Assembly (NCBI GenBank): GCA_030390025.1
Contig: CM059431.1
Span: forward strand, 115,012,001 to 115,076,000
DNA length: 64,000 nucleotides
Reading direction: 5' to 3'
Source: Squalus acanthias
Taxonomy: Eukaryota
A program made the position numbers and the translations under genes. The notes under the pieces are model-generated. The model saw only the letters and a program-made list of their open reading frames with translations, made no database searches and was not told where the DNA came from. Shown here piece after piece: positions 26,708 to 37,810 of the stretch. Each line of letters begins with the position of its first letter. Within the stretch, counting starts at the first letter, position 1.

Positions 26708-27170
26708 GGCTTAGAAATTAGGTCGCGTAGCACCCATTTTTCGAATGCCCCAAAGTGGCGGGCAGGAAGTGTGCACGCTCTCCCGAACAGGAGTGCGTCG
26801 CCCGCCATATTGGGTCAGGACAAGCAAGAGGCGTCTTTTACTCATGCCTGAAGCAGGTGTTAGGCCCTTTACATATGCAAATAAGACACCTAACGCCTGC
26901 TTGAGGTCTTGAGTATAATGGGGTGCCAGCAATAGAGATACAATAGGGTGATTTTTTTTTTTACAAATTAGAGCTCCTAGCACAGAGCATCTCACAACTG
27001 GAGCGCATGTCCAGAATTTGGGTACAGAGTTATAATAGGTGGAACACATTGACCTCTGCTCCTGAATTCCCAATATGTGCTTCCGCTGTATGAAGCTCTG
27101 CAATTCCATCGCATGAAACTTTGCTCTGGGAGCGTTCGCTACTGATATCTACCCCGACATTTCACTGGGC
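26708..27170. mobile_element. Harbinger-like MITE (right end uncertain)
   Basis: Left terminus GGCTTAGAAATT after aat. Internal similarity to 6554-7378. Confidence 0.5.
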
Positions 27171-27266
27171 TGCTTCAAATGAACTCTTAAAGAGCAAGTG
27201 TACAATGAGCAGAAATAACCTCATATTTGTTAAGTGAACATAGCATTTGCTGCATTATATATATAT

Positions 27267-27732
27267 AAGAAAGACTTGCATTTATATAGCACCTTTCACG
27301 ACCACCAGACGTCTCAAAGCGCTTTACAGCCAATGAAGTACTTTTGAAGTGTAGACACTGTTGTAATGTGGGAAACACAGCAACCAATCTGCACTCAGCA
27401 AGCTCCCACAAAGAGCAATGTGATAATGACCAGATAAATTGTTTTTGTTATGTTGATTGAGGGATAAATATTGGCCAGGACACCGGGGATAACTCTCCTG
27501 CTCTTCTTCGAAATAGTGCCATGGGATCTTTTACGTCCACCTGAGAGAGTAGACGGGGCCTCGGTTTAACGTCTCATCTGAAAGATGGCACCTCTGACAG
27601 GGAAGCACTCCCTTAGCACTGCACTGGAGTATCAGCCTAGCTTTATGTGCTCAAGTCCCTGGAGTGGGACTATGAACCCACAACCTTCTGACTCAGAGGT
27701 GAGTGTGCTACCCACTGAGCCACGGCTGACAC
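27267..27732 (-). mobile_element. Full-length SacSINE1/DeuSINE-like tRNA SINE
   Basis: Minus strand: tRNA head gtgtcagccgtggctcagtgggtagc (A box)...gggttc, Deu core, then L2-like tail aaaggtgctatataaatgcaagtctttctt. Confidence 0.92.
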
Positions 27733-28906
27733 TTGACGACAATGACGACTGCTGTTCCTCTGAGTACGGGAACAACGTGATGCAGCAGCGCAGATTAAAA
27801 AACCAAGTTGCAGTCCATTCGTGGCCTGTTCAGAAACCTACAGGTTTGAATGGGGACTGCTGGGATCTGACTTTCTGCTAATTTGGAAGCATGAATATGG
27901 ACAGAAACAGGTCCAGCTCTCGCTTGAAGGAATAATTACAACTGCCGTGTAAATTTCCAACTCCTTTCAATAAATTTGCAGTAAGTTATATCTGAGGCTT
28001 CTTTTTATAACATTATTTCTGTCAGTTTTCATTTTAACGAAGAACGTTTTTTGTGCATGTGTATACAGTGTTTTCAGTCACAAGTGTGTAATGCTATCTA
28101 AGCCAGCAGTGCGATTAAAATCTGCAGAAAATTTCATTTCAAATTGCAGAAGTTACTGATTCCCTTTGTAATAGATCATGGGAAACAAAAGTTTTATGAT
28201 TCCCTTGGACACATTATAAAAATCATAATAAACGCTGTCAGCCTTGTCTCTAAGCTTGGTTGAGCTGCTATTGTGAAGGCAACAGAATCAGAGACAGCAA
28301 CAGAAATTATTTCAGGACCAGATTTTAAACTGTTTTAGTACATGCTAAAACAGGCCCATATGTGCCAGTCCCACAATAAATGTGCATCTTCCTTATTCAT
28401 TATTATGGACTCTTTTCCTGCAACTTTTGTACCTTTCCTTCACTTCCGAAGCCATTGATTACTTGCTGGGCATGATTCCAAGGGCACCCGACCGTAGCTT
28501 CATTAAGTGGGCATTCTTCATGTAAGAGCATTGGTGATGTCAGCTGGCTACTCATCTGAGAGGCAGCACAGCCAAAACCCGATCATACTCTCACCTAATG
28601 TACCATCGCCCATCGTACTTCCAGCAGGTAGATACCCATCTGGCAAGGGAACCTTGGCTGATATTTGCCTCTGAAACTCGGGCCAGGTGTCGTGCCCCTA
28701 CTGGCAGAAATCAACTAAATCAGTACGAACTGGGAGTTTAGTTTGTGACTTTTCTGGTGTCTATGGCTCAGCTCCTGATTGAATAAACGTGTTTAGCCAT
28801 CACACAAGCATCAAGGAATTTTATTGCAAAATAGCTCATCTTGAACGATTGCCTGAGAAAACAATATCATATTGATGGCGAGACCAGAAGTCAGGGTCAT
28901 AAATAT

Positions 28907-29309
28907 GGGAACGGTAGCATAGTAATTATGTTACTGGACTAGTATTCCAGAGGCCTGGATTAATGATCTGGAGACCCACCATGGCAGCTGGAGAATTGAA
29001 ATTCAGTTAATTAAATAAATCTGGAATAAAAAGCTCGTATCAGTAATCGGTGGCCATGAAACTACCAGATTGTCATAAAAATCCATCTGGTTCACTAATG
29101 TCCTTCAGGGAAGGAAATCTGCTGCCCTTACCTGGTCTGGCCTATATGTGACTCCAGATCCACAGCAATGTGGTTGACTCTTAACTGCCCTCTGAAATGG
29201 CCTAGCAAGCCACGCAGTTGTCATGACCACCTTCTCAAGGGCAATTAGGGATGGGCAATAAATGCTGGACTTGCCAGTGACGCCCACATCCCATGAATGA
29301 ATTTAAAAA
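28907..29309 (+). mobile_element. tRNA-derived SINE whose tail comes from the 36925-43137 LINE family
   Basis: Head ggtagcatagtaattatgttactggactagta. The 3' end caccttctcaagggcaattagggatgggcaataaatgctgg..gccagtgacgcccacatcccatgaatgaat is the same type as 15710-15790. Confidence 0.8.
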
Positions 29310-29492
29310 AAGATAGTCACTAATATAATCCAATAGGGAATTTGGGAGAAACTTCTTTACCCAGAGAATGGTTAGAATGTGGAACTCGCTACCACAGAGA
29401 GTAGTTGAGGCGAATAGCAGAGATGCATTCAAGGGGAAGCTAGATAAGCACTTGAGTGAGAAATGAATAGAAGGATATGTTGATGGGGTTAG

Positions 29493-30077
29493 AAACATAA
29501 AAACATAGAAAAATAGGAGCAGGAGACGGCCATTCGGCCCTTCGAGCCTGCTCCACCATTCAATATGATCATGGCTGATCCTCTATCTCAATACCATATT
29601 CCCGCTCTCTCCCCATGCCTTTTGTGTCTAGAAATCTATCTATCTCCTTCTTAAATATATTCAGTGACTTGGCCTCCACAGCCTTCTGTGGTAGAGAATT
29701 CCACAGGTTCACCACCCTCTGAGTGAAGAAATTTCTCCTCAGCTCAGTCCTAAATGTCCTACCCCGTATCCTGAGACTGCGACCCCTCGTTCTGGACCCC
29801 CCAGCCAGGGGAAACATCCTCCCTGCATCCAGTCTGTCTAGCCCTGTCAGAAATTTATACGTTTCAATGAGATCCCCTCTCATTCTTCTAAACTCTAGTG
29901 AATACAGGCCTAGTCGACCCAATCTCTCCTCATACGACAGTCCTGCCATCCCAGGAATCAGTCTGGTGAACCTTCGCTGCACTCCCTCTATGGCAAGTAT
30001 ATCCTTTCTTAGGTAAGGAGACCAAAACTGCACACAGTACTCCAGGTGTGGTCTCACCAAGGCCCTGTATAACTGTA
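29493..30077 (-). mobile_element. CR1 (HER1-like) LINE 3' fragment
   Basis: QLYRALVRPHLEYCVQFWSPYLRKDILAIEGVQRRFTRLIPG...RRNFFTQRVVNLWNSLPQ, then stem-loop and ttctatg tail. Confidence 0.95.
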
Positions 30078-30170
30078 TGGATGAAGAGGGGTGGGCGGAG
30101 GCTCGTGTGGAGCATAAACACCACCATGGACCTGTTGGGCCGAATGGTGTTTCTGTGCTGTAAACACTAT

Positions 30171-33100
30171 GGGCTCGATTTTGCCAGGCTCGAGGAGGCG
30201 GGATTGGAGGCGTGTGAGTTGTTAAAATCGCCAAAAATGGCGGGCGGGCCCGATCCCGCCTCCGAGCAATTTTCCCAAAGTTTTCTGACCCCCTTTCCAT
30301 CCCGCCTCCAAGAGGCGGGATAGGCCCTTAAGGCCCTTAACAACCACTTAATAGCCTCTATAATCCCATTTTGAGAGGCCTTTCCGATTTTTAGTCATTC
30401 CCCCATCCCTCACGCCTCCTCTGGAACACGCCAGGTAATGCTGGCGGCCTCACAAGTGGATTGCTTACGAACAGCTGCAGCTCCACCATTACAAAGGAGT
30501 TTTCACCAATGATCATTTGTAGGTGGCAGAACTTTGTTGTTTCAGGTCTGGGGGAACTTTTAGCAGGCATACTCAGTGTTGTGGAAGTTTGGAGCCTGAC
30601 GCCCATCTCCAGTGTGACCTCCTGGGAAACCCCTCTCCCCACCTTGACTAAGCGCTTCTTCAACTGAGGCATATACCAGAAGCATGGCGACCATTTAATT
30701 CCTTTCCTCCTGGACATCAGATTTGGATGAAGACCAGCCGCGGCAGCAGCAGGTTTATGAGCAACAGCAGCACCAACAGCAGGAACATCAACAGGAGCGC
30801 CAAGCTGCTGGTCAGCCACCTGAAGATGCACAGGCCAGAAGTCGCCAGAGCGCGACCATATTGCTGCCCGGGATGCAAGGGACGCACTCATGTGGTCACA
30901 TTTGCTTAGCCTGTACAATCAAACACTTTTGCCTCGCACCTTCTTACCAGAGCATCAACAATGGACAAGAACCTACGGATTCCTATCACTCTGACCACCA
31001 TACTGACAATTGCAAGTCGCTCTAAGTCCTCAATGTGGAAGTCCCATTTGTGAAATGACACAGGCCACAACTTCAACAGTTTGCCATCAGAACTTTTTAT
31101 CACAACAAGCAACTGGTGGCATTTCAAAAATAAACACAACATAACACCCAAGTGACTACCCTTGTGACTACTTGTGCATTATCTTCCTCTTCCGCGTGCT
31201 CCTACGTAGTGCTTCCCCTGTGGTTTCAGCAGGTGTGGAGGCCCCTTGCTCACTTTCTTGCTGTTCCTGTCTTGACACCTTTGGTGGCCGTCCTCTGGGG
31301 TTGCGAACCTATGAGGGCTCGGCAACAGTCTGCTGCTCCTGCAGCTGTGCAGGGGATGAGACGCCCATCTCAGTTGGGTGAGGACTCTGGTGGGGCTCTG
31401 ACCAAGGGCTTTGCAGTGGCATGGTCGTTTGAGCGCTTGGAGAGGAGCCCTCACTTCCTTGTTGTCTGCCACCAACATCCCTCTCATGGGTGAGCCCCAC
31501 TTCAGAGCTAGGAAGTGGCTTGACAGCACCTTGCTGCACTTCAGTGGGGCCATGAGGACCCTATTCTGCACTGGAAGTCCTACTCCAGAGGACTTCCATG
31601 AAGGTCTGGTTTCTATGCTCAGTAGCTGACCATCGCTCCTCAAGAGATGCCAGTCTATTCTGAACAATGACCATGTTTTCTACACTCTGGCGACTTAGCT
31701 CCTCCATGGCCGTAGCTATCCTCTCCTCTACTGTAGCCATCCTTTCCACGGAGGTTGCCATCCTTTCCGTGGTGATGCGTTCATGCGCCAATGCCTCCAC
31801 AAAGGCTCTGCTCATGTTCGCGATGGACTCCTCCATTCGCTCGACACTCGCAGCGACCCTGGCGACAAAACCTGCCAGAGACTCCTGCACCTGTTCCTGG
31901 AGTTCCAGCACCGCTCTCGTTCTGGATGGACCCAGAGGCACAGGGTCGACATGCAGCTGAGCCGAGCTGGCAGAGTCCTGCGCCCTCCGACGAGGACTCT
32001 CCACTGCTGTCCCTGTCTCCACCATCTGCTGATGCTCAGTTGTGAGCTGTGATACCACAGGTGCCAACACTACACTATCTTGCGAAGGTCCCACCGAGGT
32101 GTGAGTGTCTGCGCTGGTGCTGGGTGCGCTGAATTCTGCTGAGGCTGCACCCTCAGAGGTTGCAGCTTCCTCTGAGGAGTCTGGAAGCTCAGGCTGTTCC
32201 TCCTGGACAGTGGGGACGGGGGCTTTCGATGGTCCTGTGGGGGAGTAAAGGAAAGGGTTAGAGATGTGAGGTCAAGATTACATGAACATTGAATAGTGCA
32301 GATGATCATAAGTCAATCTGTTAGAGCATCAGATTCATTATCAGTGACTCATGCAATGTCAATGAGAGAGATGCCAAACTATTCTGTCACCAACTTGCTG
32401 CGATGCGCCCATCTGTCCGTCCCCCACTTGGGAATCCTCCTCGATCCCGGTGATTTCCAGGGATGCCTCCTCCCAGGCGGTGAGCTGGGCTACTAAGGGT
32501 GGCCCTCCTCCTGTCATGGCTCTTTCCCTCTTATTGTGGGCTCTCTTTTCCTGCAATGAGGGACACAAGTGGAGTTTCAGTGAGAATGAAGGAGTGAGTG
32601 TAGATAATCCATAGCATAGATGCTTAGAAGGATACAAAGGACCATCCCTGTGTGTTGAAAGTTGTTGTTGTCATGGCATCACAGTGATAGGGAGTGTGAG
32701 GGCTGCATGGTAGAATAGTTAAGTGAATGTGACCTTCGAGAAAGAGGGAATGGGTAAGGGTGCAGGCATGTAAGTGTCAAGTGGGATGTGGAGGAAGAGG
32801 TTGGCAAAGCAGAGTGCTGGTGAGGAGATGCGATGGGGATCAGATTGAGGGTGATGGGAAAGTCATACTCACTTTTCCTGTGCGGAGAAGGACATGAAAC
32901 CTCTTCCTGCACTGCAGCCAGGTTCTGTGGCTCAGCGAAATGGAGTTGACCTCCTGGGCCACTTGCAGCCACACAGCTTTTGTCTGCTGGGGTGGCTTTT
33001 TTCTCCCTGAGGAAGGGAACAGCACCTCCTTATTACATCTGGCTCCGTGCACCAGAGCTTGGAGGGAGGGCTCATCAAACCGAGGTGCACACTTTTGCTT

Positions 33101-33392
33101 GATCGTGGACATTGTCGGGAAATCAACACCTTCATACAATTTGCAGAGCCTTTGCAGTCTCCAGAGGAAGCAAGGCTGCTTGCAGGTCTTAAATCCAGCA
33201 GCATTGATGACGTCATCGGAGGCGACTTTCTGTATGAAAAGACTAATTGGGCCAGGTGTTCCCACACGCAGGAAATCAATTGCCCAATTTGGGGAAAATC
33301 CCAATGTTTCAGCACTTCACTTAGGAGTCAGGGTCCTGACACGATTTCCACCTGACACGCCCCAGCCCGCCCACACTGACAAAATCCAGCCC
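30171..33392. mobile_element. 3.2-kb non-autonomous PIF/Harbinger transposon
   Basis: TIRs GGGCTCGATTTTG and CAAAATCCAGCCC with a perfect tat TSD. Myb/SANT gene on minus. Transposase N- and C-terminal remnants on plus (about 30680-30910). Confidence 0.92.
31168..33112 (-). pseudogene. Harbinger Myb/SANT DNA-binding protein gene, 3 exons (33112-32873, 32550-32391, 32234-31168), two premature TAG stops
   Basis: Exon 1 MSTIKQKCAPRFDEPSLQAL..WLQVAQEVNS..RTWLQCRKRFHVLLRTGK|gtgagt. Exon 2 tgcag|EKRAHNKRERAMTGGGPP..QQVG|gtgaca. Exon 3 cacag|..coiled-coil..PRGRPPK..RRSTRKRK. Phases 0 and 1 are compatible; 1467 nt = 489 codons. Stops at 31561-31563 and 31309-31311. Confidence 0.85.
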
Positions 33393-33630
33393 TATGTAAT
33401 ACTTTGTAATATTGGAGTTGAAATCTTGTTATGGTTATAATGTGCCAATGAACACTTTTTGAGCTGCAAAATGAAGACACCAGTGAAAGGAATCTACTGA
33501 ATGTTAATTATAATCTAACTTCTCAATTACTGGGACTCACTTGAAGATTGCTCCTTTCAGTACAGGTAATATTTGCAGCATTCTCACTCTTATTTTATTA
33601 AAGCACTATCACTGACAGCAATTTTTATGA

Positions 33631-34243
33631 TCATAGAATCATGGAATGGTTACAGCACAGAAGAAGGCCATTCGGCCCGTCAAGCCCATGCCAGCTCTCT
33701 GCAAGAGCACTTCGGCTAGTCCCACTCCCCCGCACTTTCCCCGTAGCCCTGCAATTTTTTTTCCTTCAGCTACTTATCCAATTCCCTTTTGAAAGCCATG
33801 ATTGAATCTGCCTCCATCACCCTTTCAGGCAGTGCATTCCAGATCCTAACCACTCACTGTGTAAAAAAGTTTTTCCTCATGTCGCCTTTGGTTCTTTTGC
33901 CGATCACCTTAAATCTGTGTCCTCTGATTCTCGTTCCTTCTGCCAATGGGAACAGTTTCTCTCTATCTACTCTGTTCAGACCCCTCATGATTTTGAACAC
34001 CTCTATCAAATCTCCTCTCAACCTTCTCTGCTCTAAGTAGAACAACCCCAGCTTCTCAAGTCTATCCACATAACTGAAGTCCCTCATCCCTGGAACCATT
34101 CTTGTAAATCTTTTCTGCACCCTCTCTAAGGCCTTCACATCCTTCCTAAAGTGCGGTGCCCAGAATTGGACACAATACTCCAGTTGAGGACTAACCAGAG
34201 TTTTTATAAGGGTTCATCATAACTTCCTTGCTTTTGTACTCTA
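33631..34243 (-). mobile_element. CR1 LINE 3' fragment
   Basis: KALERVQKRFTRMVPG..EQRRLRGDLIEVFKIM..MRKNFFTQ, with an (attctatg)-type tail at 33631-33645. Confidence 0.92.
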
Positions 34244-34244
34244 A

Positions 34245-34680
34245 GGGCTGAATTTTCCGTGGTGATAGCGGGTGCAATCGGTAGCGGGTTGGGTGGGAAA
34301 GTTGTTTTTTTTGACAGTGGGTCGGGAACCCACTGTCTACTCGCTCCCACGCACCTTTCCCACAGGCGCATCTGTCAGCGTGGATCCGACCCGACCTGCA
34401 GTGGCGGGGGACCCCATTGAAATCATTATGAGGTACTTTGCAGGTACTTAAGAGCCTTTTCCCCCTTACTTTTTAAATTCCCCTGCATGGCCACAGGATT
34501 CACACAGCTCGGGAACCACTTCTGTCAACCTGAGGGGTGAATTCCAGAGCCATTGCTCCAGCTGATTACTTGACAACTAGGAAAACAAACCAAATTAAAA
34601 ACATGTTGATCAAATCAGCTAACAGATTGATGGAAGTTCTGTTCCACTTGAAAAGCTACTGGTAAATGTTAATTTTTCAC
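34245..34680. mobile_element. Left arm of a Harbinger-like non-autonomous element (right end not found)
   Basis: taa|GGGCTGAATTTTCC terminus, with GC-rich subterminal gcgggt/gggtcgggaaccc motifs like the other copies. Confidence 0.55.
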
Positions 34681-35269
34681 TGGCCTTGAACTTGCGCACA
34701 GAGCTTGGAGACAGAGCTGGGAGAACGCAATCGGAGTGGATCGCAAGCAGAGTGGAGGAATTTGGTGAGCGCAGGAATCAGTGGAGAGAAGGAAGGCGGG
34801 TGAGACGTCTAACTGAAAAGGAGGAGTGGAGCCATAGAACCCAAGGTCTCGAAGTTAATAGACACGAGAGCGGACCTGTGGGAGAGCGAGAGAAGCGGCT
34901 GCAGATAAAGGTAGGCCCAAGAGCCCAGAGCCCGGAGGGAGCGCGAGCGTCAGGGAGCACGGTAAGTGATGTCAGCACAAGGGAAGGAGCTGATTGGTGA
35001 GTAGCTGGTAAAATGTCAGTGCCGCTGCACATGCACACAACTATTTTTGGCTTCCTACCAGAGGTCAATCATCGCGTGTGTAAGCAGGACCTCTTCTGAA
35101 CATGGATGGTTGATGACCTGCAAAATCTTTGGCATTTGCAGCTAAAAGATGGTGTAAGGGGTTTTGTGTCGTGCTTGTATCGCAGACGGTGCTGGTGCAA
35201 GGTTAGGCCTTCATTGCCTAATGCTATTGCTTGCTCTGGTCTCCGGCCAGCCTTGTTGCAATAAGCACC

Positions 35270-36845
35270 TGTGAGTGGTTCGACCCACTCGCCCTTACGG
35301 TTCTAACACTGGACTTAGGTGCGAGAGCAGTAATGCAGAGAAAAACTCAAATAGAGCCGGTTGAATAGTACGAAATGGAAATCTTTATTGCATAGCGTCT
35401 AAAATCATGAAGTACATGTCATAGGCACAAATTAACGATAGTACAAGTATACATACATTCATAAAGCTTGGTCTATGGTAATGAAGAACGCACGGCACAT
35501 CGTAAAAAGGGGAACACATTATACTTTATCCTTAGTAAAACTACCCTCCCCTATCAATACCTACACTACATCTAGATTTGTAGGATCGGGAAACATGCTC
35601 GCCACTCGTGATACTTCGGAGAATTTTAAAGTGAGGCACTCGGCTCGTTTCGCTGCAGCGCCTGACTGTCACGTGTTTGGAGGGGTCTCTGTACCCCACT
35701 TGTTTATCTTCGCTGCTGCGGCAAGCAGGCTGGGCTCCCCGTTGTCATGAAGAACTCGACAATACTCGGGCCTGGCTGTAGAACTCAAAGAAAAAAAGTC
35801 TTCTTGTACCGACACCAGTTGTCGGTAGAATTCGAAGAAGAGTCTTCCTGTCCCCGACACCGGTTGTCGGGAGACTTCAATGAAAAGTTATTTCTTGTAT
35901 TTTCGGGCGCGGTCGGGGTTTACTGACCGCGGCGGCACGTGGATTCTTCTCCTCTTCTTCTCGTCTCGTCTCGTCTCTTCGGGCCTTCGGGTCCAGACAC
36001 CGTTTACCAACCCTCGGGATGGTGCACCCGGTCACTGGCCCTCGTTGAGGTGGCTCGTTCCATTTGAGCTCCACTCAACATAGTCAACAGAGTCCAGAGA
36101 AAACACAGAAGCTCACCAGTCAAGCCAGTCCATGAAGTCGCAAGCGAATAAGAGAATAAACCCTCCGCAGTCAGCAGCGAGATAAGAGAATAAGAGAGCG
36201 ATGGACATTTGTTCACTATAGTTATAGTGCCTGTGTTCCCTTATCTCCCGCCCAAATCTTAATGTTTGTCCTTTGTGAAATATTGGCGCTCAAAACTCCC
36301 AGCATGGGGCGATTCTTGTCCTTAACGGGTTTCGGTAGCACCTGAAACTGGCCAACTACCCGTTAATGTTTTCCCCATTGTTGGCCCAGCCGGGATCGTA
36401 TGAATCGTCTCCCTGACTGGTTTTGGGGGCCCCCGAATACTTGTTTAATCACCCGAGAATGGCTCTCTCATTGTAGAGCCGTGGGGGTATTTGTGTATTG
36501 ATGTGTCTGGATGGGCCTTCGATTGCCCAGTACAATGGTCCTTACTTGTGCATGGAAAACGATTCCAGCTCTTATATCTTTTGCTATTGTCACAAATGCA
36601 AACAGGTTGCATCCTGTCTTTATCGGTGCTCATCGAGTATGATCCTGTCTTATATTTGAAATGTATATTCGAACGCCATCTTGTCTGCCCACTGAAATTC
36701 TGGAAGCTTCTGCCACGATGCGCGGCGGCCATTTTACAGGCTTCTGTGTCCTTTATATCATGACAGCATTTCGTTTAAATAAACTGGTCAAACGAATCTG
36801 TTTCTCTTTCGTTATTTTGAATCGCGATAATTGCAAAACTTTACA
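35270..36845 (-). mobile_element. Probable solo LTR (boundaries approximate)
   Basis: CpG-rich block unrelated to the other repeats. On minus: CCAAT (~36285), GGGCGG, AGATAAG, TATAA (~36225), then AATAAA at 35384-35389. Short internal direct repeats. TG...CA candidate ends but no clean TSD. Confidence 0.55.
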
Positions 36846-37810
36846 ATGGACACTATTTAAAATTATTATTACTGTTTAACAAAATGCACAGTCAATGTTC
36901 TATGGGGAATACATCTTTTTTTAAATTAATTCATGGGATGTGGGCGTCGCTGGCAAGGCCAGCATTTATTGCCTACCCCTAGTTGCCCTTGAGAAGGTGG
37001 TTGTGAGCCGAATTCTTGAACCGCTGCAGTCCGTGTGGTGAAGGTACTCCTACAGTGCTGTTAGGGAGGGAGTTCCACGATTTTGACCCAGCGACGATGA
37101 AGGATCGGCGATATACTTCCAAGTCAGAATGGTGTGTGACTTGGAGGGAACTTGGAGGTGGTGGTGGTCCCATGCGCCTGCTGCCCTTGTCCTTCTCGGT
37201 GGTAGAGGTCGCGGGTTTGGGAGGTGCTGCCGAAGAAGCCTTGGCGAGTTGCTGCAGTGCATCTTGTAGATGGTACACACTGCAGCCACGGTACACCGGT
37301 GGTGGAGGGAGTGAATGTTTAAGGTGGTGGATGGGGTTCCAATCAAACGGGCTGCTTTGTGAGTGCGAGCCAGTACTGAGTGCAAGTCAGCAGAGAGTGC
37401 TGTGAGTTTGGGTCAGTGGGAGTAGTTCTTTAATTGTTAGTTCTCTTTAAATCATTCTTGATAAGAGTACTTAAGCAGTTTAAGTGAAGGGGAAAAGTTA
37501 ACTATTTGGGATTCTGTTGGTTTAAGAAGAGTAAAACAAGGTTACACTGCAGTAGCAGTAAATTGGCACAGCAGGCAGTGGAAACCAGTTTTCTAATCAA
37601 TCAGCAGGGGTCAAAGTCAGAGGGCAGGGCCAATTCATTGGTACCCGTATATAGGTGGAGCTGTTGCTAAACCCGAGACACTACACTAGTAGTGTCTCCC
37701 ACCCTCCCACCTCCTCTAACCTTTAGGGGTAGAGGGAATTTAAAAGGTAGGTTCGATTTATATTTTGTTTTCAGGGACTTAACTTAATAAAGTAATATAA
37801 GGGTTAAGTC

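Larger units (their letters stand above)
28870..33410 (+). mobile_element. CR1 3' end split into four pieces (28870-28906, 29310-29492, 30078-30170, 33393-33410) by three younger insertions
   Basis: The pieces join into a continuous CR1 3' sequence: gggtcataaatat|aagatagtcactaat...ttctttacccagagaatggttagaatgtggaactcgc...gggttaga|..tgaagagggg...gggccgaatgg..tttctgtgctgtaaacactat|gtaat. Confidence 0.8.

Noticed and set aside
29569..30300. 243-aa ORF as a gene
   Set aside because: Chimeric read-through across a Harbinger end, a CR1 tail and an antisense CR1 fragment.
31168..33112. Domesticated host gene (NAIF1/MSANTD-like)
   Set aside because: Still bounded by TIRs and a TSD, inserted in a CR1 tail, and carrying two premature stops, so it is a TE copy.
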